64,000 nucleotides of DNA, from positions 62,001 to 126,000 of the forward strand of contig MU053652.1 of the NCBI GenBank assembly GCA_013239625.1, read 5' to 3'. The position numbers and the translations under genes were made by a program. Under the pieces are notes generated by a model. That model worked only from the letters and a program-made list of their open reading frames with translations. It was not told where the DNA came from and searched no databases. Source of the stretch: Lama guanicoe. Taxonomy: Eukaryota. Positions 1-12,215 of the stretch are shown in pieces. Position 1 is the stretch's first letter; each line of letters starts with the position of its first letter.

Positions 1-623
1 GGCCTTTCACACTCTGCCCAGCCAGTCTTTCTGACCCTGTTGCCATTACATTCCCAACACAAGCCACCGGCCCTACCAGACGGGCCTGTGAACCTCGACA
101 GATATTGCATCTTTCCACCCCCTGGGTCAATGGTCCACCCTGTCCCCTCTCCCTGTGTTTCCTGTATCAGGTCCTCAGCTACTCCTCTGGCCTCACTTCA
201 GCCCCTGTTGATACCAGAAGGCTCCTGGAGGTGACCGTGGCCTCTGGCCCCATGTACTCCAAGCACTTACTGTTACACGTCCAGGCTCTTAGCATCTCTT
301 GTGTTGTTATCTCCCTGTTACCATTTAAGGCAATAAGATGCTCTCTAGTCCTGCAACTAGACTGAGTTACCAGGAGGAGGAGCCGTGCTAGGCACAGCGC
401 TGGGCCCACGGGGAGGGTGGGGTCCGTCACCCTCGTGCCCGCGGAGGAGCTCCTTGGCAGAGGACGTCCCCGGGTGCAGACTTGTGATCTGCAGTCTTGG
501 AATTGGCTTGTTGCCTCTGGGGCCTCTGTGTCCACCTAAGTGAGACACGGTTTCTGTCTTTTTGTAATGACAGTAGAAATCTCTTCCTTGAAAAGCTAAC
601 GTGTTCCTGTTTTCTCCTGACAG

Positions 624-666
624 CTGTGTCGCCCACAAAGATTATCCCTTTCACGCCGAGTTTTGA
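624..666 (+). CDS. Probable last coding exon (coding part) of an unidentified + strand gene entering from the left; preferred reading x-CVAHKDYPFHAEF-stop
   Basis: Branch-point-like GCTAAC (595-600), long polypyrimidine tract gtgttcctgttttctcctgaCAG ending at 623, phase-2 frame closing at TGA 664-666, then a downstream poly(A) signal. The frame is not proven: the other two frames stop at 727 (...PARFSHV*) and 902. Confidence 0.6.
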
Positions 667-1050
667 AGCTGCGGGTGCTGGCCCTTCCCCAGGTGCGCTG
701 GTTCCCGCTCGTTTTTCCCATGTGTAGTACAGCTTGGCCTTTCTCCGTCAACGGTGGGTCAGCAGCTTACAGACAAACCAGCGGGGGCCTGGCCAGCTTG
801 GCGTCGGGGCCGAGGAGCAGCAGCAGTAGATTAGAGTCTCCTCAGTTTTCCTTGCCCTTCTTGTCCAGCTGCGGAGACTGCAACCTGAATACCCTTTTCT
901 AAGTTGAATTTACAGAGTCAAAATAGTGCCTCTAACAGTTGGATTTTGACTGCTTGAAGCTGTAATCGTTTCAGTTAGACTTTTCCTTGCCTCAAATAAA
1001 AAGTGCTTTTTTGAATTTGATGCTGTTCATTTTGTTTTGGTTTGTTGAAA
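667..1050 (+). terminator. 3' UTR and cleavage/polyadenylation region of that gene
   Basis: TGTA at 961-964, AATAAA at 995-1000, then a T/GT-rich downstream element (tttttgaatttgatgctgttcattttgttttggtttgttg, about 1007-1047). Confidence 0.6.
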
Positions 1051-1527
1051 CAGTACACCGCCTTCTGTCCCCCTCAGCCTTCCTGCTGGTGATAGCCATA
1101 GAGCCGGCCGCTCAGCTCTGCAGCAGGAGGGAAGACTTGGCGTCTTTCCTTTCGGGGGGACCCCTCCCTCACCCCAGCACTTCACCCATTCAGTTTTTGG
1201 GTGCGGGGTCTCATCAGAGACACCTGGGGGCCTTCAAGTGCTAGTGTGTCTGGTCCTCATCCCTGGAAACTGATCTGATTGGTCCAGGACAGCAAGAGTT
1301 TGCAGGATCTCTGGGTGCTTCTGATGTGCAGCCAGGGTGAGAGCCACAGCTCTGCAGGGCCGGGCCCGGACACAAGCCCGTTCATAATTTCACAGATTGC
1401 TTGGTGATTCCTCCTGCCTGTGAAGGCCAGGGTCCTTTGGTTGCTAGTACTACACAGCACCCTCACAAGGAACTGCTTTCCTAAAGCTCATTGTCTGGAC
1501 CAGAGGGAAGAAATGCATCAATAACGG

Positions 1528-1720
1528 GTATCAGCTTGGGCCACCATAACAAAATACTATAGACTGGGAGGTTTGAACAACAGAAATGTGTTTCTCACAG
1601 TTCTGGGGAGGCCTGAAGTCCAACGTGAGGGTGCCAGCAGGGTTGGGTGCTTAGGAGGGCCCTCTTTGTGGCTGTGGACAGCCGCCTGCCTGTGTCTTCA
1701 AGTGACTAAGAGATGGGTGA
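1528..1720 (-). mobile_element. MaLR LTR fragment (MLT1-like)
   Basis: ccataacaaaatactatagactgggaggtttgaacaacagaaatgtgtttctcacagttctgg is the typical reverse-orientation MLT1 end. Confidence 0.8.
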
Positions 1721-2418
1721 ATGCCTTAAGTAGGGTTATAAGAGTAAAGGCCCTTTATTTTTCAAAATGTTGCTGCTTTTTAAAAAATTAATGTTTTCTT
1801 ACCCAAAATTAAACTGACAAAAGGCCAGGAAGGGGATGTTGAGCTGAGGTTTTAGAAAGACAAGTCGCCTCACTCCTGCTTTGTTTGTGGATGATCATAG
1901 CCCGTTACTAAGTGACATCTGCTTTCCAGGTCATCCGTGTGTGAGATACATCCCAAGTGTGTTTGGTTGGGCGACACTGGTTGTAGGGCCTCAGCCCAGG
2001 ATGAAGGGAGCAGCCTGGCTCCTGAGCAGCTGGGGTGGAGCCAGGTGGGGGATCCAGAGCACCCCCACGGTCTGCAGCTCGTGGCCTGGCCGCCCTGTGC
2101 CTGGGCCCCTCCTTTCCCAGCACCTACTCGTCACCGTGGTTGGCTCCTCTGCTGGGTAGGCAGGTCCCACTCTATCCAAAGTCAACCTGCAAACCTATCC
2201 AGTCACCCTCTAAATCATCAAAAGCAGAATATCACTGTATTAACAGTCATGTCAAGTCCTCTGTGATCTAGTCCCAAACCCTGTTTCTCCAGGTAGTCAA
2301 GAGTTGGCTTAAATGTACTTTGGAAAAACTTTGAGGTAATCACTAGTAAGACAGTTTAAATCAGATGCCTGCCTTTGAAATCCCTGCTTAAAAACACTAT
2401 TAAAACAAGGCCATTGAG

Positions 2419-2652
2419 GTTTGCAGATACTAACTACTATATATAAAACAAACAAGTTTCTACTGTATAGCACAGGGAACTATATTCAGTATCTTGTAAT
2501 AACCTATAATGGAAAAGAATGTGAAAAGAAATGTATGTCTGTATACCTATGACTGAGATATTACGCTGTACACCAGAAATTGACACAATGTTGTAAACTG
2601 ACCATACTTAGAAAAAAGAAATTAAAAAGTAAAGCACCCAATACATTGGAAC
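2419..2652 (+). mobile_element. 5'-truncated L1 3' end (cetartiodactyl-type) with target-site duplication
   Basis: ctactgtatagcacagggaactatattcagtatcttgtaataacctataatggaaaagaa is an L1 3' UTR motif. A-rich tail at about 2612-2632. Direct repeat ttaaaacaaggccattgag at 2400-2418 and 2653-2671. Confidence 0.9.
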
Positions 2653-3769
2653 TTAAAACAAGGCCATTGAGAAATCGGCAAGAAGCACAAACAAGACCAA
2701 AAGGCCCTCTGCTAGCCCTCCTCCCTACCTTCTGTCAGACCGGTCTCCAATTATATCTAAGCACCTGTCCCTTGCCTGCGGTGGAGGAAGAAGAGGAGGA
2801 TCAAAGCCTGTCACAAAGGACTGGTTCTGTATTTGGAAGATAAGAGTACTTGCAGTGTTACGGCTGGATAGATAGACACCAGAGGGTCTCATTCCCAGTG
2901 AAGAGCGCCTTTCCCGCCTTTGTGGAACTAAAGCCCCTGCACCTTCCTGGGCAGGTTGCAGCCCAGCCTCAGGACTCAGGTGGACTCCTGGTCACTAATG
3001 CAGGGACCCTGCAGGGGCCAAGTTGGTGGGAGTTACAGAACAGTGCTGGCCCCCACTTTAAGGAGCTTTGTTGGGACCACCAAATAAATTCATGAAACAA
3101 ACGGAATTTGACCAAAACAAAGTTCCAGGCAAAGTAGAATTAAGATAACGAGACCAACTGAATGATAGAATGAAATTTGGTTGAATTGCAGGGGCGATTA
3201 AGACCTGCCCTTGAAAATCTGCTCTGAACAATAGTGATGCAGATTGATTTCAGACAGCATGGTTCCTCAAGGTCTGATCTCACGTTTCTCAGTGTTATGT
3301 TCTTCATGTTGACACAATTGCCAAACAGGCTGTTTTAGCGCAGTGTCCGTGGTGCGCGCTGGCGGAAGCGGCCCTCGCGGGCTTATGATGGTGCTGCCGG
3401 CAGAGCCCTGGGAGGAGCCCAGCCAGGGAAGCACCATCAGTGTTGGGTTCAATCCAGGAAGGCTTCCTAGGGGATTGGAGGGACTGCCTGGGGGTTCATG
3501 GCTCCTGGGGTCCAGCTCCAGGTCACACTTATTCTTTCTGACCCTTGAACGCATCTTCTAGCTGTGCTCCAAGGAAGACTTTGGGCTCAGGGTCCTGGAG
3601 GGAACCTTCCTTCCCTCCCCCGGAGTTTGGCTTCCCAGATCCTCCTCCAGCCCAGCTTCCAGCTAAGCCTGAGGGAGCACCCATTTCTGTTCTCCTCGCC
3701 CTCCTGTCTGCAGTGCCTAGAGCTGTGCCTGGACAGAGTAGGTGCTTAGACCTGTCAGTCGCACGTACA

Positions 3770-3860
3770 GGTGAGTTAATGCGTGAGCTTACAACTGCTA
3801 ACTGTTATTATCCCATTGGCAGATGAGGAAACTGGGACACAAAGAGAGTCATCGAGCTGA
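3770..3860 (-). mobile_element. MIR SINE fragment
   Basis: Core-like ttattatcccattggcagatgaggaaactgggac. Confidence 0.7.
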
Positions 3861-4029
3861 AATGGGGGAGCTCTTTCTGCACGAGGGCAGTTGGACCCCC
3901 GAGTCGGCACTGTATCTCTGGTAGGCTGCCACCTACTATAAAGTAGAAAATACACACGCAATGGTAAAAATAGGACATATCAAAACTTTTTGAGATGAAG
4001 CCAAAGCTGTCCTTGGGAGTCTTACAATT

Positions 4030-4680
4030 AATGGAGTCTTGTAACCACTAAAGAAATTGAATAACTAGTTAAACATCTTTCCATAAAGAAAACACCAGAC
4101 TAAGATGGCTTTATAGGAAACATTGCTACGAAAATTACAGACTAATCTGACCTAAGATAGCTGTGGAAATCCTAACCAAAAGTTACTTAATCACATCCAA
4201 TAATGGATAAAAGAATGTTGACTGATTTTACCACAAGAGTGCAATGCTGATTTTAATATTAGAAAATCATGAATCTAATTTGTCACATGAATAAAGGTCT
4301 GTGTATGTATTCAAATATAAAAATATTTTATAGAATTCAAAATGTTTTTATGATAAAATCTTTTGGCAAACTCAGAATAGAAGAAAACTTCTTTAGCCGA
4401 GGAAAGGATATCTATGTATGCATCTCATAAATTTATCATGGCATATTTTCAGAGTGTACAAACTTCAGCCATGTGCTTCCATGTGAATGGATCACAGAAA
4501 CAGGATACTGAGGCAAGAAAAGCTAATCACAGGAAAATACATACATTAAGATTCAACTTATAGCAAGCCTTCAAATAGGCAAAACTAAACAACATATTTT
4601 TAAAGGATATAACCCCAAGTCATAAAACTATAAAGAAGAGCAGGAGAATGATTTATCCAAAAGTCAAGTTTAGGAGTTGG
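4030..4680 (+). mobile_element. Old L1 (L1ME-like) ORF2 and 3' fragments; resumes at about 5730-5910 after a nested L1
   Basis: A-rich degraded L1 sequence (aaagaaattgaataactagttaaa...; aggcaaaactaaacaacatattttt); the matching 3' terminus with aaaataaaaac lies near 5900. Confidence 0.65.
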
Positions 4681-5680
4681 CAATAGCAAAAGACCAAATG
4701 ACCCAATTTAAAAACGAGTGGAGGACTTGAAGAGACATTTTCCCAAAGACATACAGCTGGCCAACAAACACATGAAAAGATGCTCAGAATTCCTAATCAT
4801 CAAGGAAACACAAATCAAAACCACAATGAGGAATCATTTCACACCTGTGAAAACAGCTATTAAATAAATGCTGGCAAGAATATGGAAAAAAGGGACCCTT
4901 GTGCACTGTTGGGGGGTTTGTAAATTGGTGAAGCCACTATGGAAACAGTATGGAGTTTCTTCAAAAAATTAAATATAGAGTTACCGTATGATCCAGCGAT
5001 CCTACTTCTGGGAATACATCCTAAAGGAGATGAAGTCACTATCTCAAAGAGATATCTGCATTCCCCTGTTCACTGCAGCATTATTCATAATAGCCAAGGC
5101 ATGGGAAGAATCTAAGTGTCTATCAGTGGATGAAGGGATAAAGAAAATATGATATACATTTATTGGAGTATTATTCAGCCACAAAGGAGAAGGAAAGTCT
5201 GCCATTTGCATCAACATGAATGGAACTTTAGGGCATTAGGCTAAGTGAAATCAGTTGGACAGAGGAAGACAAATACTGTATGATCAAACTTCTAAATGAA
5301 ATCTACAAACACTGAACTCACAGACACAGAAAGTAGAGAGCTGGCTGCCAGGACTTGAGGGTGAGGGAAATGGGAAGAGGCTGGCCAAGGGGTACAAAAT
5401 CCACTTACAAGACAAACAAGTTCCGGGGACTCTAATGTACTGGTGACTATAGTTACCAATAAATTGTGCTCTATTCTTGAAAGTTGCCGAAAGAAGAACT
5501 TTAGTTTCCTCACCACATCAACAACAAAACGGTAATTATGTGAAGTGAAGGATGTGTCAACCAACTTTATCATGGTAAACACTTCCCAGTAAGTAAGTGC
5601 AGAAAACCATCATATTATACATCTTAAACTGACCCAATATTCTACGTCAACGATATCTCAGTACAGCTGGGGGAAAAAAG
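4681..5680 (+). mobile_element. L1 3' portion (L1MA/MB-like) nested in the older L1
   Basis: gacattttcccaaagacatacagctggccaacaaacacatgaaaagatgctc and tatgatccagcgatcctacttctgggaatacatcc match the ORF2 C-terminal region; 3' UTR ends ...gctgggggaaaaaag. Confidence 0.9.
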
Positions 5681-8104
5681 ACAGTCTCAGAGAAAAATGC
5701 ACGCTAAAGTTATGACCCCCCCCCAAAAAGTGTGGGAATTGGGGTGAATTTTGATATCAGGGAGGAACATATGAAAGGCTTCCAAGAAACCACTTATTTC
5801 TTAACCTGGGTTCTAGGACATATGTGTTTATTTCACTCTTTGAAATGGTATACAGAGATTATATACACTCTCCTTATGTATGTGACATATCAAAAATAAA
5901 AACAAGATAAATGTTTGCTGAATCAACTCATGATCAAATTTGATCCTTACGACACCTGAGACTCAAGTACCATGATTCTCATTTCACAGATGCTGACCTG
6001 AAATCAAGAGCAGCTCATTGATTTGCCAGATATCTCACAGCTAGTCCATGGCTCCACGTTCTCATTCTGCCAGCTTTCACTGAATGGCACTGAAACTAAT
6101 TTTCATGACTATTTCTGCTGCTACCTTAACTCTTGACACAGAAAATCTAGAGCGCTCAGCTGCACGTTATTGAGCAAAAGAAGTCAGTTTCTTTGAACAG
6201 AATTATCTTTTAAAAATCCATGTTCTCTCCGAAGTCTTTGATTTTCTGTGCTTGTGTAGATAACACAGCCATTCCCTAGCGATAAGCAGACTTCGCAAGA
6301 GTTGCAAGCCAGGAGCTGTCCCGGTGGTATTAGGAAGTCAGAGAGGCGGTCAGACATGAAACAGCAGACGTTGGAAGCGAATTCTCAGGACACACGTGAT
6401 AAGTAGCTGGGACCCAGGGAGGGAGAGTCAGCCTGGGGCCCCAGGACAGAAGTCAGATGTGTTTTTGTCACAAGGGACAGAGAAGGGGCCACTGACTACA
6501 GGGGACAGGTCCCTATGGCTCAGCCTAGTGGGGAGGGCACAGAGGCCCAGCATGGGACAAGGACAAGAAAGAGCAGAGGATGTGGCTATAAACTTCCTCC
6601 TGCATGTTCTGCGTGGGCCTGCAGCCCAGGCTCCTGGCCTGGACCAGGGCACCAAGGAGAATTATATGGCCTGTCCCCCAGTCACCATGAGTCAGCAGGT
6701 TTGGACAAGAATACTGGCTCAGGTAGGGCTCTCAGAGGTCATGGGGTCACAGCTTTCATGGTGCAGAAGGGACCAAGTGACTCCATCAAGACGATCCAGC
6801 CACTGGTGGAGCAGCCAGCACTAGAACTCACATGTCTTTGGATGTTTAGCCAGTGTTCTGGTCACCTACACTGCTGTCATCTTAGTTTGGACACATCATT
6901 TTGGAAACCCCAAACCCTCAATTGGTGGCCTAATTGGGACTAGAGACTAGCCGGGTTTGTCATCAAGTGGGAAGGCAGAGGGTTCAGACTGCAATTTGAG
7001 GAAGCCTGGATTTGTGCTCCAGAGTTGAGGGTCAGGGAGGGGTGGCATGAGTCTCCCTCCCCACCTCAGCTGCAGCAAATCCATTTTTTATCTGTTCTGT
7101 TTGTTTGAATTAATATTTCACTTGCAGGAAAGGGTCTGATCCTTAGAAAAAGGCTTCAGAAAAATTAAAATCATTCCATGGAGAACCAGGTTGTGTCTCC
7201 TGGGGCTCTCTCTGCTCCTTTCCCAAATTCTAGTACCTTTCAGTGAGCGTTCTTGGCGACCTTGTTACATAGTCAGCTTTGTGGCACCTGCTAAGGGGCA
7301 CAAAGAAGGAGATCACGCCGTCCTCAAGGCACAGCCATCCTGGGCTAGTCGCTGGGAGGAGGGATGCATTTTCCCTTAGAAACAGTTTTACAAAAGGTAC
7401 TTCAGCTTGCCTGTTTCACACACAACGTTCCTACCATCCTATTTCATTGCATCTCATTTCTTGGATGTCCTGGAGATAAGGTGGCAAGATCTTGGTGCCT
7501 ACAACTTGCTGACTTTCTGCCACTACAATAGTGATGACTTCTTTGCATGTGTGCACAGGGAGCTCCAGATTATTTTCTGTGCAGGGTAACATAAGGCAAT
7601 AATTTCATCATGGTGAGATAAGGGGGCACAGAACAGGATGTCCTAGGTTGATGTTCCTAAACTGGGCACAGGCTGTGTAAGTCCTGTTGGCTCCTGGGAC
7701 TACCTGGAGGACAAGTGAAAGCTTAGAAAACAAGAAGAATTTAAGGGGGGAGTACGTGAGAGCAACTGGAGAAGCCCCCACTGTATCCAGAATTCTTTCC
7801 AAGACCCAGCACCCACGCTCCCCAATTATATAATTAAATCCTGCTTGGATAGCATGGGGCACATATAAACTGCTGGTCTCGGCCAGATCCCTGGCCCACC
7901 AGCCTCACCAGAACATTCCTGACTGCTTCAGTGGTCTAGGTGAGCTTGACCCTAGACCAGACACCTTCTAGGCGCTGTGGGCCTAGTGAAGGGGGCAAAA
8001 GGGACCTAGTTCATCTAGTTCATTGTGTGTGAGCAGAGGGAGTTCTCCATCCACACTCCCCACCGCATTTCTTCTTCCTAAACTTATACTGTAGGATGGT
8101 GTTT

Positions 8105-8122
8105 GCTGCCCCCTGCTGGCCA
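8105..8122 (-). promoter_or_regulatory. CTCF-binding motif
   Basis: Reverse complement reads TGGCCAGCAGGGGGCAGC, near-identical to the CTCF core consensus. Confidence 0.65.
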
Positions 8123-8229
8123 CACATAAGTCAAAACATGTTTTAGTAACACTTGGTGAGGGGTTGGGGGAAGCCCTTGTTTACTATTGGCAAGTGGACC
8201 TTGGCAGTAACAACAGCCGCAGTAGTAAG

Positions 8230-8460
8230 TGTGGAGGACCTATCAACAATCCAGGCGCTGTACCAAGCTTTTTACATACCTCATCTGATTTAATCCTCAA
8301 AGCAATTTTTCTGAGGTAGGTACTAATATTCCCACTGACCAGAGGGGAAACTGAGTCACGGAACAATTAAATGGCTCCTGCAAAATATATGCCGGTAAAT
8401 GGCAGAGCTTGGATCCAAATCCAGTTGTATCCGACTTCAAGGCCCACATTCTGAGCCACT
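8230..8460 (-). mobile_element. MIR SINE, near full length
   Basis: tttaatcctcaaagcaa...gaggtaggtactaatattccc...ggggaaactgagtc...taaatggcagagc follows the MIR consensus in antisense. Confidence 0.85.
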
Positions 8461-8687
8461 CTGCAAATGCACATGTTCCCGGCAGGCTAAATCCTGGTTG
8501 GGCTAGCCTCTCCCACACTTTGTCAACACAGACAAGTGACAGACCCGTTGTGCCTTTTTATTCCACCCGTCCACATCCTGCCAACTTCCCATATAATTTT
8601 TCTCTCCCATCACCAAGCCCACGGCCATTCCAGTCTCTTCTTTTCTTCTTGGTCTTTGTACAATTTGCCTCAAATATCCACCTGAGT

Positions 8688-9130
8688 CCAGAGGTTCTTA
8701 AAGTGGGGCCCACAGGAGCTCTGGATAGAATTCAAGAGGTCTGTGAACTTGGACGGGGGAATAAATTACATTCTACTGTGAATATAGAAAACGAACAGAA
8801 ATGGTACCTATGACTTTGTCCTATGACCTATAACATTGCCACTGTTACAGATCTCTCAAACTATCATTTATGCTCATCACTTCTTTGAAATTATGATAGT
8901 TACTAAATCTGTCACTAGTATCATTAATCATTAATAAAAATACATGTTACAATATCACAAATTCATTTGTCCCTAATATTTTGATAGCATTCTTTCTAAA
9001 TTATGGAATTTCTTTGTAATCCTGTGCATTTAATGTTATATTTAAAAAAATTATTCTTGGAAGAGAGTCCGTAGTCTTCTGCAGCCTGCCAATGGGTCCT
9101 GGCATGAAAAATGATTAGGATCGCTGCCCT
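8688..9130. mobile_element. hAT-Charlie-type non-autonomous DNA transposon
   Basis: Left end cagaggttcttaaagtgggg, AT-rich interior, right end ...aaaatgattaggatcgctg. Confidence 0.6.
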
Positions 9131-9215
9131 GATTCTATTCCAGGCTTTAGTCCTCCTGACCCGGGTCACACAGTATAGCAGTGACCAGAGCTGGGAGTGC
9201 TTGGAGTCTCCAAGC

Positions 9216-9322
9216 AGGATGACCATGTGATTTATCTTCCAAACCAGGACGCTTTTGAGTTGAAAGGGGGCATTATTAATAATTATGCTGGGACAAGTAT
9301 AAACTGAGACATATGGTCACCC
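9216..9322 (+). mobile_element. MER81-like hAT-Blackjack DNA transposon
   Basis: Termini ggatgaccat...atggtcaccc; interior ccaaaccaggacgcttttgagttgaaagggggcattattaataattatgctgggac. Confidence 0.8.
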
Positions 9323-9559
9323 CACTCACCCAAATAGCATCCCTTCTGGAAACTAAAAAAATAGATAAGAAAATGTGGGTGATTGATTAAATGCAACTTA
9401 CAAACATCAACATAAAAACTCACCCTATCTGTAAATATGAGGCCGACAAAACTAGATTGTTTCCTAAAAATTCAAACAGAAATAAAGCTAATATAAAGTA
9501 TACTGACTTCAAAATAAATAATTGTAGCGCATAATATTAATATAACTTACACTAACATA

Positions 9560-9730
9560 CCCCTTACTATGGACCAAGCACTGTCAGTCCTAATTGGCAG
9601 GTACTGTTATCATTCCTCTCTTACAGATGAGGAAAACTTGCCCAGCATCACACAACCGGGAGGCTGGGCTGAGTCACAAATCCACACACACTGGCTGCCA
9701 TGTCTGTGCTCTGAGCCATGGTCTCCACTG
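9560..9730 (-). mobile_element. MIR fragment
   Basis: caggtactgttatcattcctctcttacagatgaggaaaacttgcccagcatcacac. Confidence 0.7.
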
Positions 9731-10026
9731 CCTCTTTGAGACCTTGCAGCATTAGGAAATTTCATGATCTCAACGGAATCCAGCAAAACAACAGATGAAA
9801 TACAGAAGATTAGTCTTGGTTATCTCCAGCACTGTACAGGGTAGAAGCTACTTTTATTCTAGATGATGATCCTGATTCTTTGAAAGACATTCCCCAGAGT
9901 AGAAGGGGGCATCTGTAAGGTGCTCATAGAGCAATAGATCTATTCCTTTAAGACTCCTAAATTATAAGTAACGCTGTCCTCAGGCACTTGCCATTTTCCT
10001 TTGATGGCAACGCTAGCTCCCTTAGG

Positions 10027-10220
10027 AGAGGCAGCGATTAAGAGCATGGGATTGAAGTTCGAATTCCAGGCACCTATTACCAAGCTGAGTAACCTTGGGT
10101 AAGTCACATAGCCTTGGGTAAGTCACGTAGACTCCGGGGGCTGTGCTTTCATCATCTGCAGAATAGAAATAATGATAAACCCCACAGGTAGTGGTGAGGA
10201 AGAAATGAGTCCGGTCAATA
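10027..10220 (+). mobile_element. MIR SINE with a small internal duplication
   Basis: ttaagagcatggg...gttcgaattccagg...ccttgggtaagtcac (twice)...catctgcagaatag. Confidence 0.75.
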
Positions 10221-11149
10221 TGTAATACACAGTAGCAATTTTTATTATCATGATCATTTTATTAGTCTCTAACCATTCTGTCCCCAAACCCCCAAACCCA
10301 TCTCTCTTTCTTATTCTCTGTATTTCCATGTGTTCTGTTATCTTCAGCTTTACTTCCTCTTCAACTTTTTTTCACCATCCTGGGTGACTGTGATAACATT
10401 TGCTTATACAGCATTTGCACCAGAACTCATTCTGCTGATGCAGCATAAACTGACAGCTGGAAGTGAGAACTGGGGTACATGCTCTCAGGACGATCGCGTC
10501 CTCTCCATTTGCCCACTTTCGGAATAGTGTTTGTGCCCCAGCTCTTCATCTGCATTTTGCTGAGCCGACAGGAATTTTTATAAGTTCGGGGGTGTCCAGA
10601 GAATGCTTCAGTATGAATCGGGTTGACATAAAAATGGGATGGATCATTTATCACCCTTGTCGAAACAAGATGAATTTCCGTTTTCAACTGAAATAAGAAT
10701 GTATGAGAGGCTCCAGGCCTGACCACGTGAAAAATTAAAATGGTATCAGAGGGAGAAAATTCAAAATAGAAAGGGGAAGACACAGCTTTGGAAATGTTCA
10801 CAGCAGTACGAAAAGGGATTAAGAAATAGGTTTTTATAAGGCCGATTTTTAAAAACATTTTGGTTGCATCCTCCGCTAAGAAAAAGAACATTTTACATCA
10901 TGACCGCCATAATACTTACATTGAAACAAAAGTTTCACACACACAAAACCCACCATGTGTGGAATGGTATTTTTATTCCATTCTGATGATATTATCAGAA
11001 TACAATTTTCTTATATTATTGTTCTATTCTGTTCTCATTTTTTCTATAATGCTGGGCACGAGCCACTTAATCAATTTCATAATCTGCTAATGAAGTGTGA
11101 CTTGCAGCTTAATAAACAGTGATCTCAAGAGTTCTTAAAAATACATTAT

Positions 11150-11720
11150 TGGACAAAGAATATATAGAGATATTTTTATGTATAAAACATTCTTGTGCAA
11201 TTTTTAAAATATGGGAAAACCATTTTTAAATAGAGCAAAATCTCAGCCTCAGTGCACACCCAAGAGATACAAATTATAAGCAATGATAAGATACAGTTTT
11301 TCACTGATCAAATTATTAATGATGATATAGTAAAGGTTTTTCATTAGTGCAGTTATTTATTTATACCTCACTTCAATTCAAAACAAATTTGAGGTGGTTT
11401 TATGTACCAAAACCGCCAAACACAATGGATGGTAGAATCTATCGATGCAATTTTGAGAAGCAATTTGGTGGCACATTTCTGGAGTCATAAAAATGCTCAT
11501 ACCCCAGAGTAATTCACTTCTGGGAATTTGTCCCAACGAAGCAATTCAACAAAAAAGAAAAATCTCTATGAACAACTTTTTATATCATTGCTTAAGTAGT
11601 GAAAAGTGAGAAGTAGTCTAAATAGCCAAGAATAGCACAATATTTACATAAGCTATACTACATTAGTTCAAAATATTTTGCAACCAATAAAATGATAATT
11701 ATGAGTGCTAACAAATGCAA
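11150..11720 (+). mobile_element. Degraded old L1 fragments
   Basis: gcaatttggtggcacatttc...taattcacttctgggaatttgtcc resembles the L1 ORF2 C-terminal region. Confidence 0.55.
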
Positions 11721-11740
11721 AAGTTGTCAAACAAAACTCT

Positions 11741-12215
11741 GTGTGTTCCAGTTACGACAGCTGCATAAAAAAATTACCCTAACACTTAGTGGCATGAAAC
11801 AACCATTTATTATGGATCAGAAATTCAGACAGGACACCCCTGGATGGCTTATCTGAGGCTCCTTTGATCACATGACTGTCACCTAACGCTGGCTGCCAGC
11901 TGAGGCCTCAGCTGGGTCCCTTGGCCAGGACACCTTCGTGTGGCTTGGGCTTTCTCAGCATACGGTAGCTGGTTCCAAGGGTGAGTGCCCCCGGGGAGAG
12001 AGCCAGGCGGAAGTCTACTCAGCTTATATGACCTACGCTTGGGAATTAGGGGCATCACCTCCATCTCCATTCACGGAGACAGTCACAAAGTCCCGTCCAA
12101 TTTCAAAGGGGAAGGAAAGGGGACTCTACCTTGTCGTGGGAGAGTGACCAGTTTCTAGACAAGCACACAGGACTTGAAATGCTGCTGTGGCCGGTTTTCA
12201 GAAAATACGGTCTGC
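11741..12215 (-). mobile_element. MaLR LTR (MLT1F/G/H-like)
   Basis: gctgcataaaaaaattaccctaacacttagtggcatgaaacaaccatttatt...tcagaaattcagacagg...gctggctgccagctgaggcctcagctggg. Confidence 0.8.

Noticed and set aside
624..692. 69-nt symmetric internal cassette exon as the primary model
   Set aside because: A donor-like gtgcgc exists, but a complete poly(A) signal follows within 350 nt and no further + strand coding exons were found. Kept only as an alternative.
10093..10126. Short direct repeats (ccttgggtaagtcac x2; also gagatatctgcat x2 near 51382-51409 and ttgaatgtcaa x2 near 13946-13970)
   Set aside because: Two-copy slippage micro-duplications with no array structure; nothing CRISPR-like in this eukaryotic window.
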